From the NCBI GenBank assembly GCA_963649755.1, contig CAVJJQ010000001.1:1-52388 (forward strand): a DNA stretch of 52,388 nt, in the 5' to 3' direction. Position numbers and translations under genes: made by a program. Source of the DNA: a bacterium. GTDB taxonomy: Bacteria; Bacillota; Clostridia; Lachnospirales; Lachnospiraceae. Within the stretch, counting starts at the first letter, position 1. Each line of letters begins with the position of its first letter. Under the pieces are notes generated by a model. It worked only from the letters and a program-made list of their open reading frames with translations, was not told where the DNA came from and did no database searches. Below are positions 30,635 through 40,135 of the stretch, in pieces.

Positions 30635-31207
30635 ATGTCATCACTTACCAAGCAGGCCATAATCGACTGCACCATAAGTCTTGCAGAACAGAAGCCTATC
30701 AAGAAGATAACTGTAAACGACATAGTAAAGGGCTGCGGTATCACCCGAAATACCTTTTACTATTATTATCATGATATTTACGATGTATTGGATCAGATGC
30801 TGATTTCGCAGATAGAAGAACTGCGTGAAAAGAATGTCGGAAATTACGACAAATTTTTGTTTGATTTGATTGAACATGCATCCATGTACAAAAAACTCTG
30901 GAGAAACCTTTACAAGTCCATGGGACACGAAAATCTCCAGCACTACGTGCAAAAAAAAGTTCATTACCTCTTCAAAGAGGGTATTGAGAATCAAGTCGGT
31001 GAAGGCGCCCTAAGCGACACGGACATGGAAATCCTCTGTGCATTCTACGAGGAAGCTATCTTCGGAGTCCTTGCGCGCTGGCTCAGAGGCGACGCAACCA
31101 TCAGCACCCGCGAAGAGCTCCACGACTTCACCGAAAGACTGAGAGTCCTCTTCAACGGAGTCTTGCCCTTGATGGTGTCGAATGCGAAAGAAAGTAAAGA
31201 AAAGTAA
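30635..31207 (+). CDS. TetR/AcrR family transcriptional regulator
   Basis: KITVNDIVKGCGITRNTFYYYYHDIYD helix-turn-helix; start at MSSLTK with RBS GGAGG. Confidence 0.92.
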   Translation: MSSLTKQAIIDCTISLAEQKPIKKITVNDIVKGCGITRNTFYYYYHDIYDVLDQMLISQIEELREKNVGNYDKFLFDLIEHASMYKKLWRNLYKSMGHENLQHYVQKKVHYLFKEGIENQVGEGALSDTDMEILCAFYEEAIFGVLARWLRGDATISTREELHDFTERLRVLFNGVLPLMVSNAKESKEK

Positions 31208-31241
31208 AACCAGGCTTCGATTCACCTATCTAATCTAAATC

Positions 31242-31398
31242 GCTCCGATTCACCAAAGGCTACGTGTTTTCAGACGTGCTGACCATTCCGGCGAGCCCAT
31301 TAAACCAAAAATCGTGTTCGGGTACGGCCTCCACGATTTTTAGGTCTCACCTCCATAGCACTCAAAAGAAAACACGTCAGCCTTTGTGCAATCGGAGC
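31242..31398. other. Long nested inverted-repeat element (structured RNA or MITE-like)
   Basis: Pairings GCTCCGATT/AATCGGAGC, CAAAGGCT/AGCCTTTG, ACGTGTTTTC/GAAAACACGT, GTGCT/AGCAC, AAAAATCGTG/CACGATTTTT. Confidence 0.6.
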
Positions 31399-31399
31399 T

Positions 31400-32044
31400 C
31401 TATTTTTTTTCTTTCCTCAGCGAGAACTTACTCTCCGTTCCGGCCTTCAATTTCTTAAAGTTCGGATAATGACGAACTATTACGAGTAAAGCAGAAACCA
31501 AACAGAGTATCCATACCCAGCAGCTGTCCGGCTTTAAAAAGAAAAGCGCTATCGGACAGGTAATGGAAGCTGTACAGGAGGCAACGGACATGTATTTCCA
31601 GATTGCAAGCACTATGAAGAATACGAGCATGGCGATGAGCGCCATTCTGTAATCCACAAACCACGTGGTCGCAAACCCTGCCATAAAAGCCTTCCCGCCT
31701 TTAAAGCCATACCATATCGGGAAGCAGTGTCCGAACATTGCAAAGAATCCCGAAAATGCGGCTCCGAATTGCCACATGTCATAAGTATTCTTAAGAATTA
31801 CTGCCGAAATGCATACCGGAAGCGCAGCCTTTATGATGTCAAGAAGCATTACGCTCCATGATAAAGGATTGTTTCCGTAGACTCTCTTAAAGTTCGTAAA
31901 TCCCGGATTCCCGCTTCCTTTTTCCCTGATGTCTTCATGATATACAAGCTTTGACATGATGATTGCGGGGTTTACTCCGCCTATCAGGTAGCTTACAACG
32001 GCAATTGCCAATAATATTAATATAAGCGTTAAAGTTTCGTTCAT
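31400..32044 (-). CDS. plsY: Acyl-phosphate:glycerol-3-phosphate acyltransferase
   Basis: SYLIG, DIREKGSGNPGFTN, LDIIK, GHCFPIWYGFKGGK, RH.PN motifs. Confidence 0.93.
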   Translation of the reverse strand: MNETLTLILILLAIAVVSYLIGGVNPAIIMSKLVYHEDIREKGSGNPGFTNFKRVYGNNPLSWSVMLLDIIKAALPVCISAVILKNTYDMWQFGAAFSGFFAMFGHCFPIWYGFKGGKAFMAGFATTWFVDYRMALIAMLVFFIVLAIWKYMSVASCTASITCPIALFFLKPDSCWVWILCLVSALLVIVRHYPNFKKLKAGTESKFSLRKEKK

Positions 32045-32052
32045 TTAAACTC

Positions 32053-33717
32053 CTATTCGGCTACGAGCAGGAACTGATATACGTCCTGTTTGCCGTCCGA
32101 TTCAACCGCTTCGATGCAGGGGTTTATCGACTTTGCATAGCTTGCCAAAGCATTCGATACGCTCTCGTCACAATCCTTTCCTCTGATTACAAGGAGGATG
32201 TCATGATTTTTAAGATTCAGTCTGTCAACCGTTTCCTTTGCCGCATCAATCAGCTCTTTCTTTGAAGAAACAACTTCCTTTTTAAGAATTCCTATGTACT
32301 CGCCCTCTTTGATATCAATACCGTTAAGAGAAGCATCGCGTATACTCTTCGAAATTTCCGCTGTTTCAACGCCTTCCATGGAGGCCTTCATGGACTCTTC
32401 GATTTCCGCGGGTGAAAGTCCGTCCATATCGAGCATTCCGAGGATTGCGTAGGCATCGCCGATCGAATGGGTCGGAATTACGTGAACATTTGACTTATCG
32501 TATAAAGAAGCTGCCTGTGAGGCTGCCATAAGTATATTTCCGTTGTTTGGAAGCACGAAGATATCGTCGGCATTTACGCGGTCAAAGCTCTGGATAAAGT
32601 TCTCTGCGGAAGGATTCATGGTCTGTCCGCCGAAGATCACCTCATCAACACCCATGTTAATGAAGTCGTTCTTGATGCCCTCACCGTTTGCAACGACAAC
32701 AATACCGAGCTTCGAACGCTTCTTGGGAGTTAAATCCTTGTCCGATTCGCTTGCGGCGCCTGTTTCAAGATTGTTGTGCTGAAGCATCATGTTTTCAATC
32801 TTGATGGTCAAAAACTCGCCGTACTGCTGGCAGAACTCAAGCACCTTGTAAGGTGTCATCGTGTGAACATGCATCTTGACAATGCTTCCGTCCTTTATGC
32901 AGACGATGGAATTTCCTATGCTCTGAAGGAAATCCCTGATAATGTTTACATCAAAGTTTTCATAATCGCACTTTGAGCTCTGAAGTCTGAGTAAGGTCTC
33001 TGTGCAGTATCCGAACTGAAGCTCCGATTCCGGTCCGAAAGCATCCAAGTCTAAAGAAACTGACTTTTTAGTTTCTTTTTCATCGAAAGCCACATCCGTT
33101 TCGTCGTACTCGCCTGTCAGATAGTTGGCCATACCCTCTGCAATGTACACAAGACCCGCTCCGCCCGAGTCAACAACGCCCGCCTCTTTCAATACATGAA
33201 GAAGATCCGGTGTTCTCTCAAGCGACTGTTTGGCGCTGTCCACGAAGTGTTCCATGAACTCGTCGGGCTCTTCGCATCCAGCCTCGCAGGCTCCGTTTGT
33301 AGCATCCTTTGCAACCGTGAGAATCGTGCCCTCGGTAGGTGTCATGACCGAATCATAGGCTCTCTTTACGCCTGACTTGAAGGCTTCTTCCAAAGCCTTC
33401 GTGTCTGCAAGGTCGAGTCCTTCAAAACCGTCCGCAATGCCTGCAAAGAACTGAGAAAGAATAACTCCCGAATTGCCTCTTGCATTAAGCAGCATTCCCT
33501 TTGCGACCTTTTCGGCAGCCTCGGAAATAGACTCCGTATCGTTGATCTCGACATCGGCTCCGCCGCGCAGAGTCATCATCATGTTGTCGCCGGTATCACC
33601 GTCTGGAATCGGGAATACATTCAAATCATTTACTTCGTTTACGAATCTTTTTAAGTGGCGGGCTCCTACGCCGATCATCTCGGCGTAAGCGCGTCCGTTA
33701 AGCTCATGTGCTATCAT
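32053..33717 (-). CDS. fakA: DAK2-domain fatty acid kinase subunit A
   Basis: NDLNVFPIPDGDTGDNM, ARGNSGVILSQ, YCTE, KMHVHT, GGQTMNPS. Confidence 0.9.
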   Translation of the reverse strand: MIAHELNGRAYAEMIGVGARHLKRFVNEVNDLNVFPIPDGDTGDNMMMTLRGGADVEINDTESISEAAEKVAKGMLLNARGNSGVILSQFFAGIADGFEGLDLADTKALEEAFKSGVKRAYDSVMTPTEGTILTVAKDATNGACEAGCEEPDEFMEHFVDSAKQSLERTPDLLHVLKEAGVVDSGGAGLVYIAEGMANYLTGEYDETDVAFDEKETKKSVSLDLDAFGPESELQFGYCTETLLRLQSSKCDYENFDVNIIRDFLQSIGNSIVCIKDGSIVKMHVHTMTPYKVLEFCQQYGEFLTIKIENMMLQHNNLETGAASESDKDLTPKKRSKLGIVVVANGEGIKNDFINMGVDEVIFGGQTMNPSAENFIQSFDRVNADDIFVLPNNGNILMAASQAASLYDKSNVHVIPTHSIGDAYAILGMLDMDGLSPAEIEESMKASMEGVETAEISKSIRDASLNGIDIKEGEYIGILKKEVVSSKKELIDAAKETVDRLNLKNHDILLVIRGKDCDESVSNALASYAKSINPCIEAVESDGKQDVYQFLLVAE

Positions 33718-33732
33718 ATTTGCCTCGTATTT

Positions 33733-34620
33733 TTATGCTTCTGCCCTGTAAGTTACTTCCTTACCGAATGCCCAAAGTCCGATTGCATCGGGTCCTATTG
33801 AAGCACCGATAATGGGTCCTATAACAATGGGAATGATTCCCTTACAATTAATCTTTTCTTTCACCATGTCAGATAAGGTCTTAATCTCTTCGTCGCTGCA
33901 GTCTGCATGTGCGAGGAAGATGAACTGTTCTTCGGGATTTTCAATTGCATCTGCCATGAGGTTTACCATCTCGGTAAAGGATCCCATTCTGCCCTTTGCC
34001 TTCTTGATAGGTGTCTGTGCGCCATCGGCATCTGCCGTAAGAATAGGCTTAACACCCATAAGGTTTCCGAAGAATGCCTTTGAAGCGGTTACACGACCTG
34101 CTCTCTTTAAGAAATCAAGTGTGTGAACTGCGCAGAACTCGTTTACATTGTTTCTTTTTGCCTTGACGGTATCGACGATCTCGTCAAAGGACTTGCCTTC
34201 TCTGTTAAGCTTTGAAGCAAGAATGCCAAGCATTCCTTCACCGATGCAGGCGTTAAGTGCATCGATACACTCGATTCGTCTGTCGGGATAATCCTTCAAA
34301 ATCTCACGTGCGGTTACAAAACCGGTGTTTACGGAACCGGACTGCTTTAAAGCGCAGCCGATGTAAATAATGTCCATACCCTGATCAAGGTATAAAGTAA
34401 AAATTCTCTTAAACTCTTCAACGGGAACCTGAGTCGTGGTAATCCTCTCGCCGTTTCTTAAGGCTCCGTAAAGTTCCTTGGGTGAGAAATACTCCCATCT
34501 TAAAGAAGCCTGAGTCTGTACTCCGTCACGAACGGTGTTCATGTGGGCATAATCAATATCATATTCATCAAGTAAGTCGCCGGTTAAATCGGCACAGGAA
34601 TCAACAATTATCTTTATCAT
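33733..34620 (-). CDS. DegV family fatty-acid-binding protein (FakB-like)
   Basis: IIVDSCADL, TTQV, LDFLKRAGRV, VKPIL, IGPIIGASIGP; start at MIKII (34620). Confidence 0.92.
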   Translation of the reverse strand: MIKIIVDSCADLTGDLLDEYDIDYAHMNTVRDGVQTQASLRWEYFSPKELYGALRNGERITTTQVPVEEFKRIFTLYLDQGMDIIYIGCALKQSGSVNTGFVTAREILKDYPDRRIECIDALNACIGEGMLGILASKLNREGKSFDEIVDTVKAKRNNVNEFCAVHTLDFLKRAGRVTASKAFFGNLMGVKPILTADADGAQTPIKKAKGRMGSFTEMVNLMADAIENPEEQFIFLAHADCSDEEIKTLSDMVKEKINCKGIIPIVIGPIIGASIGPDAIGLWAFGKEVTYRAEA

Positions 34621-34738
34621 ATTTTCCTCCGTATTGGGGCTTAACCCCGTTTTATACAGATTGCGGCACACTTTGCTTCACAATCTTACAGTCCGTATTG
34701 TATTTTTTTGTTTTTAAAGTCGTAAGATACAAAAAAAG

Positions 34739-34765
34739 GGTTTTGCACAAATTTTGTGCAAAACC
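34739..34765 (-). terminator. Terminator of the oxidoreductase-hyp operon
   Basis: GGTTTTGCACAA...TTGTGCAAAACC hairpin followed by T7 on the minus strand. Confidence 0.65.
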
Positions 34766-34867
34766 TCGTTTTTGTACAACTATAAAAAAATAACACGATA
34801 CAAATCACGTAGCATTTAACGATGACATGCTTAACTGCTCACTTTTACAGGCAGCAATCACCCTGCT

Positions 34868-35542
34868 TTACTGCTCGGTCTTTAAACTCTTTACTGCTCT
34901 CCTCACCCAGTCCGCAAGCTCATCCATGCCTTCGCCGGTCTTTGCGCTTAAGCTTATAATCTCGCCCTTCGGATTAAGCTTTCGGATGCGTTCCTTAGCC
35001 TTATCAAAGTCAAAATCAAAATAATCCTTCGTATCAATCTTTGAAATAACCGTAAGGTCCGAAATACTGAACATCAAAGGATATTTCAAAGGCTTATCGT
35101 CGCCCTCGGGGAGCGAAAAGAGCATCATGTTCTTATGAGCTCCCGTATCAAACTCGGCGGGGCAGACAAGATTTCCGATGTTTTCAAGAAAGATGATATC
35201 AAGACCTTCCGCATTAAACTCATCTATTGCTCGCCTTGTCATCTCGGCATCGATATGGCAAAGACCGCCGTTGTGTATCTGCAAAGCCTTAACTCCTGTT
35301 GCATCTGCAACCTTTGTGGCATCAAGGCTTGTCTCGATGTCAACGTCCATTATGCCTATCTTAAACTCATCCTTAAGAAGGTTTACAAGGCTTGTAAGTA
35401 AGGTAGTCTTTCCGGATCCCGGAGCCGACATGATGTTCAGCATAAAAGTCCCGGAAGCCTTTAATCTTTCCCTTAAAGTTAAAGCCTCCCTGTTATTGTC
35501 AGCATAGACATTTTCATGAATCTCAATAACCCTGACAGCCAT
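34868..35542 (-). CDS. hypB: Nickel incorporation GTPase HypB (copy 2)
   Basis: APGSGKTT, GGLCH, ENIGNLVCPAEFD, EGDDKPLKYP, SKID. Confidence 0.93.
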   Translation of the reverse strand: MAVRVIEIHENVYADNNREALTLRERLKASGTFMLNIMSAPGSGKTTLLTSLVNLLKDEFKIGIMDVDIETSLDATKVADATGVKALQIHNGGLCHIDAEMTRRAIDEFNAEGLDIIFLENIGNLVCPAEFDTGAHKNMMLFSLPEGDDKPLKYPLMFSISDLTVISKIDTKDYFDFDFDKAKERIRKLNPKGEIISLSAKTGEGMDELADWVRRAVKSLKTEQ

Positions 35543-36205
35543 TTAAAGCACCCCCTGTTCTTTCAACCGGTTCTTTAAATAATCCGTCCAGGCTTCAAAA
35601 CCCTCGTCATTCTTTGAGGAAATCATAAAGATTTCGGCCTTCGGATTTAACTTGTGGATGCGCTCCTTGCAAAGGTCGACATCAAAATCAAATACGGAAA
35701 GGGCATCGATTTTATTGATAAGCACAACGTCCGAAACGGTATAAACAAGCGGATACTTTGCAGGCTTGTCATCGCCCTCGGGCACTGAAAGAATCGTGAT
35801 TGAAAAATGTGCTCCGGTATCGTACTCCGCGGGGCAGACAAGATTTCCCACATTCTCGATAAAAAGAAGGTCGACATCGTCCGTTCCGAGTGCGTCAAGT
35901 CCCTGCTTTGTCATCTTCGCATCCATATGGCACATGCCGCCCGTATGAAGCTGAACCGCTTTCCCGCCGGCATTCGAGATCGTCTCGCAGTCAACACTTC
36001 CGTCAATGTCACACTCCATCACTCCGATGCGTACGTCTTTCTTTAAATGCCCTATCGTGCGGACAAGGGTCGTTGTTTTTCCGGATCCCGGAGAGGACAT
36101 CACGTTTATCATGAGTTTCTTTTTCCCTTTAAGCTCACTTCTGATGCCGTCCGCGGTCACCTCGTTGTCTTTAAATATGCCCTGTTTCAATTCAAGGATT
36201 GTCAT
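35543..36205 (-). CDS. hypB: Nickel incorporation GTPase HypB (copy 1)
   Basis: SPGSGKTT, GGMCH, ENVGNLVCPAEYD, EGDDKPAKYP, NKID. Confidence 0.93.
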   Translation of the reverse strand: MTILELKQGIFKDNEVTADGIRSELKGKKKLMINVMSSPGSGKTTTLVRTIGHLKKDVRIGVMECDIDGSVDCETISNAGGKAVQLHTGGMCHMDAKMTKQGLDALGTDDVDLLFIENVGNLVCPAEYDTGAHFSITILSVPEGDDKPAKYPLVYTVSDVVLINKIDALSVFDFDVDLCKERIHKLNPKAEIFMISSKNDEGFEAWTDYLKNRLKEQGVL

Positions 36206-36545
36206 ATACGCCTATCTCTTTTATGGTAAATTCATTGCCGCGAAGCAGGTAAGTGTTCTCACTCTTGCAATGGGGACAAATCTTTCCGTACTCAACGGTG
36301 GGATATTCCTGCTTACAGTCTTCGCAAAATGTCACTGCGGGAAGCGTCTCTATGTTGAGACTTGCGTCCTTTGTGACCTCTTCTTTTTTACGTGCCCAGT
36401 TCCAGCAATCAATAAGCTGTTCATGAATTACGCCTGAGACCTCACCGATCTCAAGCGTAACAAAATCAATCTTATCAACCGCATTCTCCAGGGCCACTTT
36501 CTTTACGTCCTTTAAGACGTAAAACGTAACTCCCAGTTCGTGCAT
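36192..36545 (-). CDS. hypA: Nickel metallochaperone HypA
   Basis: N-terminal MHE nickel motif, two CxxC (CEDC, CPHC), GNEF.IKEI. Confidence 0.95.
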   Translation of the reverse strand: MHELGVTFYVLKDVKKVALENAVDKIDFVTLEIGEVSGVIHEQLIDCWNWARKKEEVTKDASLNIETLPAVTFCEDCKQEYPTVEYGKICPHCKSENTYLLRGNEFTIKEIGVYDNP

Positions 36546-36555
36546 CTTTAACCTC

Positions 36556-39384
36556 TTAGTGCTCTATCTTCTTGTGAGTGATCATGTTGCCGATACGCTT
36601 CATCTGGTAAGGAAGAATAGCCTTAAACTTGTCCTCGGCAACGACCATCGTCGAGCATTCCGGATGGTCTCTGTGCAGGCTGATGGCATCAAAGCCGCAC
36701 TTTGTGGTGCATATACCGCAGCCGATACACTTATTCGTATCAACAACCGTCATACCGCAGCTTAAGCATCTTGCGGTTTCTTTCTTAACCTGCTCCTCTG
36801 TAAGCGTTACCTTGTAATTTGAGAAGGTATTCTTGGGAAGGCTGTCATTGTGACCTTCGTACTGCTTGGGTGCTCTGTCATAGCTCTCAACGAGGATATC
36901 GTCCGTATCAAGTGCCTTGAACTCCCAACGGTTACGTCCCGTAACCATATGACCGCCGCGTACGTATCTGTGCATGGACTCTGCCGCAATCTTGCCCTGT
37001 GCAATTGCATCGATTGCAAACTTGGGTCCGGTATAAACATCGCCGCCTACGAAGATATCGGGCTGGCCTGTCTGGAAGGTAAACTTGTCTGCAACAATTG
37101 CAGGTCCCTTAAACTCAACTTTTTCGTCTTTTACAAGGTCTCCCCATACGGAAGCCTGTCCGACTGCAAAGATTACTCTGTCGCAGTCAATCTTAATTGT
37201 TTCATTTTCATCATAGGTAGGAGCGAATCTGCCCTCTGCATTCTTAACGGAGAGACACTTCTTGAAGATAATGCCTACGACCTTGCCGTTCTCCGTAAGA
37301 ATTTCCTTGGGACCGTATCCGCACTGAAGCTTGATACCGTCTTCCTTCGCTTCCCTAACCTCTTCGGGTGATGCGGGCATCTCTTCAGGGGACTCAAGGC
37401 AAAGCTCGTGAACCTCGCTTGCTCCGTTTCTTGCGGAAACCCTTGCTGCATCGATTGCTACGTTTCCGCCTCCGACTACGACTACGCGGCCCGTGTATTC
37501 CTTGCCGCCGCAGTTTGCATCGTGCAGATATTCGATAGCCGTCATGGTGCCTTCCGCATCGTCACCGGGTACTCCGGGACGTCTGCCTGCCGAGCATCCG
37601 ATTGCGATATAGAATGCCTTGTAGCCCTGCTCTCTTAATTCGGATAAAGAAATATTCTTGCCAACCTCAACACCTGTCTTAATCTCAACGCCCATCTTAC
37701 GCATTACGTCGATTTCGGCTGCGATGACGTTCTTTTCAAGCTTATAGGAAGGGATACCGTAGCGAAGCATTCCGCCGGGCTCCTCATATTTTTCAAATAC
37801 GGTAGGCTTGTAGCCTCTCTCCGCAAGATAGAAAGCAGCGGTTAAGCCTGCGGGGCCGCCTCCGATGATGGCAAGCTTCGTATCAAAGCCGTCCTTGTAA
37901 ATGGACTGGGTGCTGGCGGGAACGACCTTTTCGGGGATGTATCTGGTCTCTGCCTTCAAATCCTGCTCTGCGATAAATCTCTTTACCGCATCGATTGAAA
38001 TGCATTCGTCAATCTTGCCTCTCGTGCAGGCATCCTCACAGCGGCGGTTACAGATGGCACCGCATACTGCCGGGAAAGGATTCTGCTTCTTGATAAGAGC
38101 AAGAGCTTCTTTATACTTGCCCTGAGCGGCTTTCTTTAAGTAACCCTGAACCGCAATGTGTGCGGGGCAGGCTGTCTTGCAGGGTGAAGTACCGGTTTCG
38201 TGACAGTTGATACGGTTGTTGTCACGATAGTTGTAATCATACTTATCCTCGCCCCACTTCGTGGCATCGGGAAGCTCGTGCTTGGGATACTTAACTTCCG
38301 ATCCGTCTGCCTTACAAAGCTTCTGGCCAAGCTTTAATGCACCTGCGGGACAATACTCAACGCATCTTCCGCATGCAACGCACTTATCCTTGTCAACGTG
38401 AGCCACATAAGCGGAACGTGACATATTCGGGGTATTGAAAAGCTGTGAAGTACGTAATGCATTACAGATTTCAACGTTACAGTTACAGATACCGAAGATC
38501 TTATTCTCACCGTCGATGTTGGTAATCTGGTGTACGAAGCCGTTATCCTCGGCACGCTTTAAGATGTCGAGAGCCTCTTCCTTGGTGATGTCGTGACCCT
38601 TTCCGGTCTCACGGCAGTAATCTGCGAAATCGCCTACGCCGATGCACCAGCCGTAATCGTCGTCCGCACAACCGTCATCGATTGCCTTTCTGGATGCACG
38701 GCATGAACATCTGCCGACACCGATCTTTCCTTCGTACTTTGAAAGCCAGTAGGAAAGCTTTTCGATATCAATGGCCTCATTCTCCATGGAGATAGCCTTT
38801 TCAACCGGAATAACGTGCATTCCGACACCGGCACCTCCGGGAGGAACCATCTGGGTAATTCCCTTAAGCGGGATATAAGTCATTCTTTCAAAGAAGGCTG
38901 CAATATCGGGATGATCCTGTAATCTCTTGTTGGCAGGGTCCTTTACATCCTTCATCTCTTCCATGTTGAAAAGCTCTGCAGAGCCCGGTACAAACATGGG
39001 AAGTATATAACGTCTCTCGGACTGCGGAGCGGTACGTCCGTTATGATCGTAATGATAGCCGTAATCGTACTCTAAAAGTCCGATATAGCTCATTTCGTCA
39101 AGAAGCTTTTGGAACTGCTCCTCGCCGTCTGAAGTAATATTGTTTAACTGACAGAGTTCACCGAAGGTGTAAGGCTTTCTCTTGTCCATTTTAAGCGCTA
39201 CATCCGCCATTTCATCGGTAATGATCTCGGCAAGTCCCCAATACTCCGGATCCTCAACCTTGACTCCGCCGAAAATATGTCCCGCAACGTCCGTTATCTT
39301 GCGTCCGAGCTTGACGATTTTCTCCCTGGCGGGGTTGTCGTGTTTGTGGTTGGCTTCCCACTTTTCGTAATTTTCAAAATCCAT
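36556..39384 (-). CDS. Multi-Fe-S, FAD/NAD(P)H oxidoreductase (GltD-like core with a Cys-rich N-terminal domain)
   Basis: CVACGRCVEYCP, PCKTACP...CGAICNRRCEDAC, GGGPAG, GGGNVAID, RCLSCG, CIGCGICTTKC. Confidence 0.9.
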   Translation of the reverse strand: MDFENYEKWEANHKHDNPAREKIVKLGRKITDVAGHIFGGVKVEDPEYWGLAEIITDEMADVALKMDKRKPYTFGELCQLNNITSDGEEQFQKLLDEMSYIGLLEYDYGYHYDHNGRTAPQSERRYILPMFVPGSAELFNMEEMKDVKDPANKRLQDHPDIAAFFERMTYIPLKGITQMVPPGGAGVGMHVIPVEKAISMENEAIDIEKLSYWLSKYEGKIGVGRCSCRASRKAIDDGCADDDYGWCIGVGDFADYCRETGKGHDITKEEALDILKRAEDNGFVHQITNIDGENKIFGICNCNVEICNALRTSQLFNTPNMSRSAYVAHVDKDKCVACGRCVEYCPAGALKLGQKLCKADGSEVKYPKHELPDATKWGEDKYDYNYRDNNRINCHETGTSPCKTACPAHIAVQGYLKKAAQGKYKEALALIKKQNPFPAVCGAICNRRCEDACTRGKIDECISIDAVKRFIAEQDLKAETRYIPEKVVPASTQSIYKDGFDTKLAIIGGGPAGLTAAFYLAERGYKPTVFEKYEEPGGMLRYGIPSYKLEKNVIAAEIDVMRKMGVEIKTGVEVGKNISLSELREQGYKAFYIAIGCSAGRRPGVPGDDAEGTMTAIEYLHDANCGGKEYTGRVVVVGGGNVAIDAARVSARNGASEVHELCLESPEEMPASPEEVREAKEDGIKLQCGYGPKEILTENGKVVGIIFKKCLSVKNAEGRFAPTYDENETIKIDCDRVIFAVGQASVWGDLVKDEKVEFKGPAIVADKFTFQTGQPDIFVGGDVYTGPKFAIDAIAQGKIAAESMHRYVRGGHMVTGRNRWEFKALDTDDILVESYDRAPKQYEGHNDSLPKNTFSNYKVTLTEEQVKKETARCLSCGMTVVDTNKCIGCGICTTKCGFDAISLHRDHPECSTMVVAEDKFKAILPYQMKRIGNMITHKKIEH

Positions 39385-39534
39385 TCCTTCACCTCATATA
39401 GTTTGCTATTGCTAACTCCCGTAAGAGCAATAAAGCGACGCAAAGCGCCGCAATTTCGTATTGATTATATTAAATTTTTCTAAATAAGTAAATCGGTTTC
39501 GGGAAAAATATTGGTAAATGTGCAATAAAATTTT

Positions 39535-40122
39535 CTAACTGTTTAACTCCCGTTCGTCAATATTAACATTTCTGAGTACCAGAATTATTAAAACCATGAA
39601 AATGCACGTAAGTATGAGCATTATCAGAAACGCAATATCGTTTTTTAAGAAAATCCAGTCATCATAGACCGCACGGTAAATAAACTCCGCTATCAAAGCC
39701 ACGAACATAAAAAGAAAAACAGCCGGCGCACTTCTGTAAATGCGGATAATGCTGTGCATATAACGGTCACGCTTCATGGGTTTACAATTAAACGGAAGCG
39801 AGCAGACTCCGAGAAACAAATAAAGAAGCGGTATAAGCCCTATCGCCGTAGGCATTGAAACAAAGGCCCACCAGGCCGTTGTGTGGGACATGGAAACCGC
39901 CGCACCTGCCGTAATCAAAGCCGCAACCGAAATAAGGGAAACTGCCGCAAACCTAAGTCTCACACTTTTTTCCGGGTCCATGAATTTTATCATCGGGCCC
40001 ACATAAGTGGTGCGTTCCCTGGTTTTACCCTTTTCGTCCTCGTAGAGTTCGGTTTTATAGTCATTAACATATTTCAGCGAGTCCTTTAGTTTAAAGAACT
40101 CGCCGTTAAAAAATACACCCAT
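39535..40122 (-). CDS. Four-TM hypothetical membrane protein
   Basis: Four hydrophobic helices; directly downstream of the ABC operon with RBS AGGTG. Confidence 0.75.
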   Translation of the reverse strand: MGVFFNGEFFKLKDSLKYVNDYKTELYEDEKGKTRERTTYVGPMIKFMDPEKSVRLRFAAVSLISVAALITAGAAVSMSHTTAWWAFVSMPTAIGLIPLLYLFLGVCSLPFNCKPMKRDRYMHSIIRIYRSAPAVFLFMFVALIAEFIYRAVYDDWIFLKNDIAFLIMLILTCIFMVLIILVLRNVNIDERELNS

Positions 40123-40135
40123 ATTTAATCTTCAC

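Noticed and set aside
30499..30744. Long N-terminal extension of the DUF3048 ORF overlapping tetR (likewise extensions on glpK, degV, oppB, oppA and GH42)
   Set aside because: Downstream ATGs have proper RBSs and give canonical N-termini or signal peptides
34868..36545. A [NiFe]-hydrogenase locus
   Set aside because: No large or small subunit and no hypCDEF in the window; only the nickel-delivery genes are present
39390..39455. Two short hairpins upstream of the oxidoreductase as a nickel/cobalt riboswitch
   Set aside because: Too short, and no four-way junction is evident; cannot be supported without a covariance search
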